Source: Cyanobacteriota bacterium (GTDB taxonomy: Bacteria; Cyanobacteriota; Cyanobacteriia; Thermostichales; Thermostichaceae). From it: 43,811 nt of DNA. Below the pieces are notes generated by a model. It saw only the letters and a program-made list of their open reading frames with translations, searched no databases and was not told where the DNA came from. How positions within the stretch are numbered: position 1 is the stretch's first letter; each line of letters starts with the position of its first letter. The position numbers and the translations under genes are program-made. The stretch is taken from NCBI GenBank assembly GCA_033764955.1, contig JANRIL010000033.1, forward strand, positions 1 through 43,811, written 5' to 3'. Shown here in pieces: positions 20,752-29,878 of the stretch.

Positions 20752-21171
20752 GTGCCTCCTCCCCGTAAGTCTGCCCACAAAATTGAGCTGACCGGAATCT
20801 ACCCTTGTCCTTGTTGCCACCAAGGTCAACTACGTCCGATTACCCTGACCGAGGCATTGGGATGTAGCCGTTGCCAGCATATTTTTGCTTTGATGCCCGA
20901 TCACCTGCATATTGAGCAGTTGGCGGTTTCCTATCCCTATCGCAAACTTTGGTATTGGAATGGATCCCATTGGAGCCTGTGCCGGGAAGAAAGCGCCCCC
21001 CAATCTATGTTGCTTGGTCTAGCCCTGGGGCTGATTGTCTTGATTGCCCTGAGTTTTATCGTCGCCACCCAACTGGAGGGGCAAGGGGAGTTAGTCATTT
21101 GGCTGGCAATTGCCATGATTTTTTTGCTGGGGTTGTTAACCGTGTTGATCTTGATTTTGCGGCGTTCTTAG
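20752..21171 (+). CDS. Cys-rich (zinc-ribbon-like) membrane protein of unknown function
   Basis: YPCPCC...LTEALGCSRC, W-x-W-N-G-x-x-W, then two C-terminal transmembrane helices. GTG start. Confidence 0.75.
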   Translation: MPPPRKSAHKIELTGIYPCPCCHQGQLRPITLTEALGCSRCQHIFALMPDHLHIEQLAVSYPYRKLWYWNGSHWSLCREESAPQSMLLGLALGLIVLIALSFIVATQLEGQGELVIWLAIAMIFLLGLLTVLILILRRS

Positions 21172-21311
21172 GAAGAAAGAAGTAACAAACAGCTCGGTTA
21201 GCAAGGTGGGGTCGGTTCGGGCTAGAGAAGAAATCGGTTTTGAGCATTAATCACAGTACACTCACAACAGCTCCTTGCTGTTCTTGGCCCAACGTTTGGA
21301 TAACTCTGCCT

Positions 21312-22598
21312 ATGCACGATTTTGACCTAGGAACGACCCTGCGGCAGGGGCGACGAGCTGCGATTGCCCTGGCCAAGTTATCGGGATCCCAAAAGGATCA
21401 GGCACTCAAATCCTTAGCCCGCGCCTTAAAAACGGAGGGGGATCACCTGCTGGAGGCCAATACCCTAGATCTGGAGCTAGCCCGTGAGGGATCCCTGGCG
21501 GAGTGGGTAGTGGAGGGAATGAAATTGACCCCAGAGCGGCTACAACGCTGTGCCCATCAGGTGGAGACCCTTGCCCAAGCTGCGGATCCGATTGGGTTGC
21601 TTGACCAGGGTTATCGCCAAGACAACGGCTTAATGGTGACTCGCCAACGCATTCCCCTGGGCTTAATTGCCCTGCTTTACGAGATTTATCCTGAGTTTGC
21701 CATTTTGGGCATGAGTATGGCTCTCAAAACCGGCAATAGCTTGATGCTGGCCTGTCACCCCAGTCTACTGCGAACCCATCAGGCCATCCTGCACCATTTA
21801 GGAGAAACCGTCTATACGGTCGGGATCCCAGAGTCAGCCATTCAATCGGTTCCCCTGGAGGGTGCAGAGGTGGAGCCGTCAGAAAGCCCGATGCCTCTCC
21901 TACAACAGCCCCGCTATCTGGATTTGGTCATTCCGTTAGGGCGGATCCCCTGGGTGGATAGGATTGTCCGCACCAGCCAAGTGCCCGTGCTGCGTACCCA
22001 CTTGGGGCATGGACATCTGTATATCGATGCCTCCGCCTCTTGGCCTCAGGTGGAAGCCCTTTTGCTGCATAACTTAAGCCAAATCGCAGCGGATTCCCTC
22101 CCGTTTTATCAGGTGATCACCCTCTGGATGTTGATTCATCAAACCTGGGCAGAGCGACATGTCGGGGAGCTGGTAACGACGCTTACCCATCAAGGCTTTG
22201 CCCTACAGGTTGGCCCCGCTATTCGAGAGCGTTTTCCTCACTTGGAGCCGATTAAGGATGGCATCGACTCGAATGAATTGCCGCACCTGCGATTGCAGCA
22301 AGTCAGTGATTTATCGGCAGCTATTGCTTGGATTAACAAACAGGGTCATGAACAACCGGAAACCATCCTGGCTGACTCGCAAATCGTGATTCAACGCTTT
22401 GTCCAGGAAGTAAACTCCTGCCTGGTCTATGTAAATAGCTCGCCCCTCGCCAGTCGCCCCGGCAGCGGGATCCCGATGTTGAGTTCGGGATCCGGACTCT
22501 CCTTGGGAACCTCAGTACAACGACTACACGCCCGTGGTCCGATTGAGCTAGCCGCCTTAACCACAACCAAATATGTAGTGCTGGGCAATAGTTTTTAG
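21312..22598 (+). CDS. Divergent gamma-glutamyl phosphate reductase (ProA)-like protein
   Basis: Motifs LLEANTLDLE, LTPERL, DPIG, RIPLGLIALLYE, KTGNS, LDLVIPLG and LHARGPIELAALTTTKYVV. The catalytic CNA motif is not visible. ATG at 21312. Confidence 0.85.
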   Translation: MHDFDLGTTLRQGRRAAIALAKLSGSQKDQALKSLARALKTEGDHLLEANTLDLELAREGSLAEWVVEGMKLTPERLQRCAHQVETLAQAADPIGLLDQGYRQDNGLMVTRQRIPLGLIALLYEIYPEFAILGMSMALKTGNSLMLACHPSLLRTHQAILHHLGETVYTVGIPESAIQSVPLEGAEVEPSESPMPLLQQPRYLDLVIPLGRIPWVDRIVRTSQVPVLRTHLGHGHLYIDASASWPQVEALLLHNLSQIAADSLPFYQVITLWMLIHQTWAERHVGELVTTLTHQGFALQVGPAIRERFPHLEPIKDGIDSNELPHLRLQQVSDLSAAIAWINKQGHEQPETILADSQIVIQRFVQEVNSCLVYVNSSPLASRPGSGIPMLSSGSGLSLGTSVQRLHARGPIELAALTTTKYVVLGNSF

Positions 22599-22635
22599 CC
22601 AATTAGGAGGGGCTATCCAGAGGAATACCCTTTGC

Positions 22636-24225
22636 TTAAAGAGGCCGATAACTCCGATAATTGATGCTGGGAAAAATGTTATCCATATATTCCACTTTAG
22701 AGAGCCAATCTTCCTCAATCTTGCCCTGATTAATGCTGTCATAAAGATGATTAAAGCGCAGCAGATGTGACTTTGTGCGACGTACCGCATAGGGAACCAT
22801 AGTGCCGGTTCGCATGATAAAAGCCCAGTCAGAAGATTGTGCTAACAATAATTCTCTGGCCGCTTGATTGAGGGCACGCCATTCCGTTTCATCGCTGGGT
22901 TCTCGCCGACTCAGTTCAATCATCCGTTCGGTTGCTTTGTGGAGATGGGGATAAATCCAAGCGTTCGTTTGGTTTAGCCAATATTCATGAAAACCCCGCG
23001 CTCCCCAACTCGACTGAGCGGGACGAGCCACCTGTTGGGTAGGATTTTCCATGAGATATTCAGCCAGATGAGTCATGCGATACGTGTTTTGATCAAAGTG
23101 ACTTTTCCGAATCAAATATTCGATAAACCAAGGCCCTTCATACCACCAATGACCAAACAGTTCGGCATCATAAGGAGCCACCACGAGAGGAGGGCGTCCC
23201 ATCACACTATGCAAATATTCCACTTGACCCCGCCGATTGAACATGAAATTTCCGGCATGTTCGGCTGCTTTTTCGCGTGCCCAGTAGGGGTCATATAATT
23301 GCTTTTGCCCAAGATCTAAGTTGCGTCCAGTGATTTTGTGATACTTAATACCTGTATTTTTCCGTTGTCCATTGGGCATGATGTAGGGCTTGATATATTC
23401 ATAGTCAGCCTCAAACCCGAGATCTTTATAAAACTCTCGATAAACGGGATCCCCAGGATATCCCACTTCCGCCGACCAAACCTGCTGGGAGGACTCGTGA
23501 TCCCGACCAAAAACGGCTACACCCGTCTCCGTAAAAATAGGAGAGTAAATACCATGTTTAGGACGTGGCTTGGCATAGAGCACTCCATGCCCATCGGTAA
23601 TCATATAGCGCAGACCAACATCCGCGATCATTCGCTCTAAGCCTGGGTAATAAGCACATTCCGGTAGCCAAATACCCCGCGGCCAACAGCCAAAATGTTC
23701 GTTGTAATGTTCACAGGCCACCAAAAGCTGTGACCAGACTGCCTGCGGATACATCTGCATCAAAGGCAAATAGCCGTGGGTGGCTCCGCAGGTAATAATC
23801 TCTAGATTGCCAGAATCCTGAAACTGCTTAAACGCTTTCACCAAATCGCGGTCATATCGCTCCCAAATATCCCGCACCTTGGCAAACTCTTGGATATAAA
23901 AATCCGCCAGATAGCGAACATGTCCATTGGTGGCATTTTTCTCATATTCAAGCTGAATTAGTTCTTCTAGCTTCGAGAGATAGTCATCATATCGCTCTTG
24001 TAGCAAGGGATCCCGTAGCATCGAAACCAAGGGAGGGGTCATCGACATGGTGAAACGAAAATCAATGCCGTCCCGTTGCAGATTCTCAAACATCATCAGC
24101 AGAGGCGTGTAGGTTTCGGTGATCGCCTCGTAGAGCCACTCTTCTTCAAGCACAAAATCCTGTTCAGGATGGCGGACAAAGGGCAGGTGAGCGTGCAAAA
24201 CCAAAGCCAGATAGCCGATTGCCAT
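22636..24225 (-). CDS. GH57-family 1,4-alpha-glucan branching enzyme (DUF1957 C-terminus)
   Basis: Motifs LHAHLPFV, EEEWLYEAITETY, nucleophile WLPECAY, acid/base YDAELFGHWW and AARELLLAQSSDW. Confidence 0.93.
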   Translation of the reverse strand: MAIGYLALVLHAHLPFVRHPEQDFVLEEEWLYEAITETYTPLLMMFENLQRDGIDFRFTMSMTPPLVSMLRDPLLQERYDDYLSKLEELIQLEYEKNATNGHVRYLADFYIQEFAKVRDIWERYDRDLVKAFKQFQDSGNLEIITCGATHGYLPLMQMYPQAVWSQLLVACEHYNEHFGCWPRGIWLPECAYYPGLERMIADVGLRYMITDGHGVLYAKPRPKHGIYSPIFTETGVAVFGRDHESSQQVWSAEVGYPGDPVYREFYKDLGFEADYEYIKPYIMPNGQRKNTGIKYHKITGRNLDLGQKQLYDPYWAREKAAEHAGNFMFNRRGQVEYLHSVMGRPPLVVAPYDAELFGHWWYEGPWFIEYLIRKSHFDQNTYRMTHLAEYLMENPTQQVARPAQSSWGARGFHEYWLNQTNAWIYPHLHKATERMIELSRREPSDETEWRALNQAARELLLAQSSDWAFIMRTGTMVPYAVRRTKSHLLRFNHLYDSINQGKIEEDWLSKVEYMDNIFPSINYRSYRPL

Positions 24226-24311
24226 AGCAGGATCCTAAAATCAAGATAAAGATTTATCCATCAGTTTCGGGCATTCGGATGGCTAGGTCAAGATCTGGGG
24301 ATCGCCGGGGA

Positions 24312-25559
24312 TCACAGAACGTGGGGATCCTTCGGTTGAGGAGTGAGCCAATCGCTAATCTGCCGTTCAAACCCCTGCAAAATGGCCTCTTGAGCCAGAT
24401 GAGCCAGGGCATATTCACGAGCCTTTTGCTGCATGGTTTGTCGGTGCTGAGGGTGCTCGAGCAAAAAGAGGATCTGGTCAGCCAGGGCTTGACTGTCTCC
24501 TGGTGGCGTCAGACTACCGCCTGCGGCCACAACCATTTTTCCCAAAGCGGTTTGCGGTTCTGCTGTGGCAATCACTGCTCCTCCACAGGCCAACATCCCA
24601 GCCAGTTTGGAGGGCAGAACAATCTCAGACATATCCGCCCGTTGGGGCAGAAGGTGGAGAGTAGCTAGGTTAAGCAAGGCATTTAGGCGTGTCGGTGGCT
24701 GCAACGGAATAAACCGGACATGGGTTAGCCCCAGATCGTGCCCTTTCCTCTCCAGTTCCGGTCGTGTTGGCCCATCCCCGCACAACAAAAACAAAAGATT
24801 CTCCTGCCTTTTTAGGATATAAGCCGCCTCAATCACGGTTTCGAGACCCTGTTTCTTGCCCATATTGCCGGAATAGAGAATCACCCGTGAGGATGTAGGG
24901 ATCCCTAACTCCTCTCGCAACCCATCATCGTTATCCATCGGAAAGATCTGCTCGACATCGATCCAGTTGGGGAAATCAACCAAGCGATCCGCTTCCACTC
25001 CTTTAGCTCGCAAGCGTTCGGCCATCGCAGGCGAAATCGTAGACACGCGGTCAAACTGTCGCAGCAACCAGCGTTCCCAGGGGGCAAACACCTGCGTACC
25101 CGCGATCCCCAAACGGGCGGCAGCATCCATCTCCAGATCTTGAAAATGCGCCCAGGTTTTCGTTTTGGTCAGGGATCCCGCTAAGCAAGCCCCCGGCAAA
25201 CAAAAAAAAGCTGGAGCCACCACCCAGATCAGATCTGGCCGCCACCGCCAAGCCTGTCCGATCACCACTGCTAAACTGCTAACCGCAAAAGAGGTCAAAT
25301 GCAAAATCCGCTTCCAGCCATTCGGACGATGGGGCACCCAAAGCGGGCAACGCACAATCGGGATCCCTTGCCAGGTCTCTTGTCGAAACCCAATCCCTTG
25401 ATAACCAGCCGCAATCTGCCAAGCTGGATAGTAGGGTGGAGCGGTGACAACCCGCATGTCGTGTCCATGCTTAGCCAGCCACTCACACATTTCCCCCGTA
25501 TATTTGCCGATGCCAGTAAGTTCTGGGGCAAAGTTCAGCCCGTACACTAAAATTCGCAA
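24312..25559 (-). CDS. WcaI-like GT4 glycosyltransferase
   Basis: MRILVYGLNFAPELTGIGKYTGEM, TAPPYYPAW, RCPLWVP, YSGNMGKKQGL and VLPSKLAGMLACG. TTG start. Confidence 0.9.
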   Translation of the reverse strand: MRILVYGLNFAPELTGIGKYTGEMCEWLAKHGHDMRVVTAPPYYPAWQIAAGYQGIGFRQETWQGIPIVRCPLWVPHRPNGWKRILHLTSFAVSSLAVVIGQAWRWRPDLIWVVAPAFFCLPGACLAGSLTKTKTWAHFQDLEMDAAARLGIAGTQVFAPWERWLLRQFDRVSTISPAMAERLRAKGVEADRLVDFPNWIDVEQIFPMDNDDGLREELGIPTSSRVILYSGNMGKKQGLETVIEAAYILKRQENLLFLLCGDGPTRPELERKGHDLGLTHVRFIPLQPPTRLNALLNLATLHLLPQRADMSEIVLPSKLAGMLACGGAVIATAEPQTALGKMVVAAGGSLTPPGDSQALADQILFLLEHPQHRQTMQQKAREYALAHLAQEAILQGFERQISDWLTPQPKDPHVL

Positions 25560-25871
25560 GGGATCCCACCTTAAATTATGACTAAGTCAATATTAATCAC
25601 GGTAGGGTTTCGATCTTCTCCCTATCTCCAGGTAAATCCTGATCTCCAGATCAAAAGATTTCAGGAAAAACCTGAAGTTAGTATGATCTTAATTTCAATA
25701 TATTTATACATATATTCATGTGTATATGCGCTCTTTAGATTTGTATTGATGAAAGCTGATGGGTAGCTTATGGGTATAGTAAAGAATCCCCCTAGGGGGG
25801 ATAGAAGAAGGCAGAAGGGAGTAAACTAAATTGAGAATCCTAAATATTGCTTGGTAGGTATTTTTGGTTAT

Positions 25872-28800
25872 ATGTCCGGTAACTCGCATGATTTAACTTG
25901 GTTAGACTGGACGATTAGGCTTTTGACCGAGCTAGTGGAGAGACTAGAAAAGCCAAATCAAGCAAATACCCCAATATCTCTCGCAGGGGAAGCTTCAGAT
26001 GCACCCCTCTATCAAACCCTGGTGCGCTATCAGGGCATTGCCAATCTTCAAACAGATTTGGTGACCTGCTACACGCCAGATTTTATTCATACCTTTGTCA
26101 ATCAAGCCTATTGTCAGCTTATCCATAAGTCAGCCGACCAGGTGATTGGGCACAGTATCTTTGAGTTTATTCCTCCCGAAAAACATGATGACATCCGTCA
26201 GTTACGGAATTATTTGACTGTTGAAAATCCTATTTATTGTCATGAAGAAAAACTCACCCTCTCTGACCGATCAATACTTTGGTATGAGTGGATTGACCAA
26301 GGGTTGTTTGATCAACGGGATCAGCTATTAGAAATTCAGAGCGTGGGGCGAGATATCACTGAACGAAAGCGAACGGAACAGATTTTACAAGATCGAGAAC
26401 GGCGGTTCCGTCTATTGGCTGAAAATGCCTCTGATATGATCTTTCGCTTTAGCATTCGACCAGCATTAGGATTTGAATATGTGAGTGCAGCCGCTACCAA
26501 TATCACAGGCTATACGCCAGAAGAACATTATGCTAACCCGAATATCGCTTATGAAACATTTCATCCTGATGATATTCATTTAGTCGAGACTCAAATCAAG
26601 AATCGTGAATTATTCCCTCAACCATTAATTTATCGATATATTCGCAAAGATGGAACAATGGTTTGGGTAGACAATCGGATTACCCCCATCTATGACGAGA
26701 ATGGAATATTGATCGCCACCGAAGGAATTATTCGAGATGTTACCCAATTGAAACAAGCTGAGTGTGCTTTGCGTCAACAAATTAAACGAGAGGAAACCCT
26801 CAATCAGCTAACTCAAATTATTCATCAATTACTTGATTTGGATCAGATTTTTGTCAATGTCGTGCAGGCTTTTGTTAAATTATTAGGGGTTGATCGAGCT
26901 GCCATTAATCGCTACTTTCCCAACCAGTTTAATTGGCTAGCCATTGCCGAAGGCTTAGCTGATGAGCAAAAAGATTCTTCGGTTGGTCTAGAAATTCCTG
27001 ATCATAATAATCCTTTTTCTATTGTACTGAAGAATTTGCAAGTTATCACGATAACTCCATCGAATCCACCCACTGATCCTATCAATCAAGCCCTTTATCA
27101 ACGATTTCCTGGCAGTTGGTTATTGGTGCCGATTGCCCTTCATCCCCACTCCCCAATACGAGAAACAACAGGTTTGCAGGTGTGGGGCAGCCTCGCCATC
27201 GTCATAGAAAAAGATGTGGGACAGTGGTCACCCTTTTTACTCTCAATGATGGAATCGATTGCCGAACAATTATCCACAGCCATTCATCAAGCGGAGCTTT
27301 ATCAAGAGCTGCGAACCCTCAACCAAGATCTGGAACAAAGAGTACTGCAACGCACAGAAGAATTACAACAGAATGAGAATCTATATCGAGCCATTGTGGA
27401 AGATCAAACAGAATTTGTGAGTCGCAGCCTACCGGATACGACCATTCTCTTTGTCAATGGAGCAATTTGTCGAGCTACGGGCAAGGAACGCACCTATTTC
27501 CCAGGCAAGCGATGGATTGATTGGTTGCCAGACGATCAAAAATCCAAGGTTTTAGAGGGGATTGCTGCTCTAACTCCTGAAAACCCTATTTTTGTTTCTG
27601 ACAATCAAGGATTTATTGGTCAGCATGAATATCTCTTAGTCCAATGGACAAATCGTGGAATTTTTAACCAACAAGGACAACTGATTGAAATTCAAGCGGT
27701 AGGGCGGGATATCACTAAACAAAAAAAAGCAGAAGATGACCTACGTAAGGCTCTTGAGTTTGAATCTCTTCTAAAACGAATTACCGATAATGTCAGAGAT
27801 AGTCTTGATGAAGCTCAGATTTTAGACACTGTTGTCCAGGAGTTAGGATTTGGCTTAGGTGTTGATGGTTGTAACACTTCTATCTATGATTTTACTCGAA
27901 CCGTTGCTGTAATCGAACATGAATTTAGGCTAGACTCACACTCCATTCTTGGTCGTGTCTTTCAGCTAGCTGATTATCCCCATAACACCCACCAATTGTT
28001 GGGAGGACAGTATTTTCAATATTGTGATGTGGAGAGTCCTTATGGAATCGTCGCGACCTCTTTTGCTTGCCCAATTCGAGATGATCAAGAGGCGATTGGT
28101 GAGTTGTGGTTAACTCGTGCGGCTGATCAATATTTCTCTGAATTAGAAATTCGTCTTGTGGAGCAGGTGGCCACGCAATGTGCCATTGGGATCCGGCAAG
28201 CTCGACTTTATCAAGCAGCTCAACAGCAGGTCGAAGAACTAGAGAAACTCAACCAACTCAAAGAAGATTTTTTGGCTACGGTTTCTCACGAACTACGAAC
28301 TCCTATGACCAATATTAAGATGGCTTTGCAGATGTTAAAGCTAACCTATCCCAATCCCCGATCACAGCATTATCTGCAAATTTTAGAAGGTGAGTGCGAT
28401 CGGGAAATTCGTCTAATCAACGATTTACTTGATCTGCAAAGAGAAGAATCATTTACAAAAAGCCTCAACTTGCAAATTTTGGATCTTGCCACATGGTTAC
28501 CTCAGTTATTGGAACCCTTTGCCCTTCGCTTTCAGCAGAGTGAACACCCTCTCCAAATAGATATCGCCGCCAATCTGCCCACTTTTGAAACGGATGTGTC
28601 GGTTCTGGAACGAATTCTCACAGAACTCTTGATCAACGCCCTAAAATACACCCCTTCGGGTCAACCGATTCGTCTGTCTGTGGAGTGGCTAGCCCCCGCA
28701 ATTACTTTTGTGATTACCAATTTTGGGGTAGAAATCCCCGCCCACTATCTGCCCCGCCTCTTTGAAAAGTTCTTTCGATTGCCCGATCACGATCGCTGGC

Positions 28801-28934
28801 GACAAAGTGGCACAGGTCTGGGATTGGCGTTGGTTAAGCAGAGTGCTGAAAGTTTGGGTGGATCTATTAAGGTAGAGAGCCGCGCCAACCAAACCACCTT
28901 TACTCTGCGGATCCCGCCTAGGCTGTCTCGATAA
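25872..28934 (+). CDS. Cytoplasmic sensor histidine kinase: PAS-PAS-GAF-PAS-GAF-HisKA-HATPase
   Basis: Three PAS/PAC ends (GRDITERK, IRDVTQLK, GRDITKQK), two GAF domains, H-box VSHELRTPMT, N-box ELLINALKYT and GTGLGL. Start ATG 25872 (TTG at 25851 is possible). Confidence 0.92.
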   Translation: MSGNSHDLTWLDWTIRLLTELVERLEKPNQANTPISLAGEASDAPLYQTLVRYQGIANLQTDLVTCYTPDFIHTFVNQAYCQLIHKSADQVIGHSIFEFIPPEKHDDIRQLRNYLTVENPIYCHEEKLTLSDRSILWYEWIDQGLFDQRDQLLEIQSVGRDITERKRTEQILQDRERRFRLLAENASDMIFRFSIRPALGFEYVSAAATNITGYTPEEHYANPNIAYETFHPDDIHLVETQIKNRELFPQPLIYRYIRKDGTMVWVDNRITPIYDENGILIATEGIIRDVTQLKQAECALRQQIKREETLNQLTQIIHQLLDLDQIFVNVVQAFVKLLGVDRAAINRYFPNQFNWLAIAEGLADEQKDSSVGLEIPDHNNPFSIVLKNLQVITITPSNPPTDPINQALYQRFPGSWLLVPIALHPHSPIRETTGLQVWGSLAIVIEKDVGQWSPFLLSMMESIAEQLSTAIHQAELYQELRTLNQDLEQRVLQRTEELQQNENLYRAIVEDQTEFVSRSLPDTTILFVNGAICRATGKERTYFPGKRWIDWLPDDQKSKVLEGIAALTPENPIFVSDNQGFIGQHEYLLVQWTNRGIFNQQGQLIEIQAVGRDITKQKKAEDDLRKALEFESLLKRITDNVRDSLDEAQILDTVVQELGFGLGVDGCNTSIYDFTRTVAVIEHEFRLDSHSILGRVFQLADYPHNTHQLLGGQYFQYCDVESPYGIVATSFACPIRDDQEAIGELWLTRAADQYFSELEIRLVEQVATQCAIGIRQARLYQAAQQQVEELEKLNQLKEDFLATVSHELRTPMTNIKMALQMLKLTYPNPRSQHYLQILEGECDREIRLINDLLDLQREESFTKSLNLQILDLATWLPQLLEPFALRFQQSEHPLQIDIAANLPTFETDVSVLERILTELLINALKYTPSGQPIRLSVEWLAPAITFVITNFGVEIPAHYLPRLFEKFFRLPDHDRWRQSGTGLGLALVKQSAESLGGSIKVESRANQTTFTLRIPPRLSR

Positions 28935-29124
28935 GAAGGCTGTTGGAGCAATACTCCGACCATCGGGATCCCTAATTATCACCGCGCAGATAACGTACAG
29001 ACCGCATTGAGTTCCCCTCCCCCCCAAAACTAGGGATCCCTAATCGGTATCAAGCCGGAGCAAGAGAGGCAGAGGCAACCAAGATCTGCCAAGATAAGAG
29101 GTGTTCTGGTGAGTTAGTTTTTTC

Positions 29125-29748
29125 ATGATCGACCTCTATACCTTTACTACCCCCAATGGTCGCAAAATTTCTATCATGTTAGAAGAGGTTGAACTTCCTT
29201 ATACCGTACATATTATTAACATCATTAAAGGCGATCAAAATACACCCAGCTTTCGTGCGATCAACCCTAATGGAAAAATTCCCGCTATCATTGATCAAGA
29301 CACGCAAATGTCGATTATTGAGTCTGGCGCTATTTTAATTTATCTTGCCGAGAAAACTGGAAAACTGTTGCCTAGTGATCTCAAATCTCGCTCTCACGTT
29401 TTACAGTGGTTGATGCTTCAAATGTCAGGAGTGGGTCCAATGTTTGGGCAAATGAATCACTTTCGTCGCTTTGCTAGCGAAAAAATTCCCTATGGTATTG
29501 AGCGCTATACCCAAGAGTCACAACGGCTGTTAGGGGTTCTTGATCAACAACTGGCTCAACATCCTTATCTGGCTGGAGAATATTCTATTGCTGATATTGC
29601 CACCTATCCTTGGATTCATTCCTATGAGCGATTTGGTTATTCGGAAGGGTTAACGCTTGACCCATATCCTCATGTTAAACGTTGGTGTGAGGAAGTTGCC
29701 AGTCGCCCCGCCGTGATCAGAGGGATGGCTGTTCCTAGTCTTGGCTAG
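29125..29748 (+). CDS. Glutathione S-transferase, YfcG/Nu-class-like
   Basis: MIDLYTFTTPNGRK, INPNGKIPAI, ESGAILIYLAEK and YSIADIATYPW. Confidence 0.93.
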   Translation: MIDLYTFTTPNGRKISIMLEEVELPYTVHIINIIKGDQNTPSFRAINPNGKIPAIIDQDTQMSIIESGAILIYLAEKTGKLLPSDLKSRSHVLQWLMLQMSGVGPMFGQMNHFRRFASEKIPYGIERYTQESQRLLGVLDQQLAQHPYLAGEYSIADIATYPWIHSYERFGYSEGLTLDPYPHVKRWCEEVASRPAVIRGMAVPSLG

Positions 29749-29878
29749 ATTTCATAGCTCAGATTAGTAGTCAACTGGGTAGTAGAGATCGGCCTTTTCG
29801 TGGGCAGGAGCAATAGGGATCGCAATATCTCAATAGTTCACTACCGATGAAAATTTACGGATAGTTGATAGACCACTT

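Noticed and set aside
26790..28220. GAF domains as cyanobacteriochrome or phytochrome photosensors
   Set aside because: No DIP/DxCF motif or bilin-binding CH motif is visible in either kinase.
28965..29044. Direct repeat GGGATCCCTAAT, two copies, as an att site or CRISPR remnant
   Set aside because: Eight of the 12 bases are the ubiquitous HIP. There is no array, integrase or cas gene.
29749..29878. Moco riboswitch or ModE box upstream of modBC
   Set aside because: Only weak imperfect inverted repeats are present; I could not recognise the consensus. An Infernal scan would settle it.
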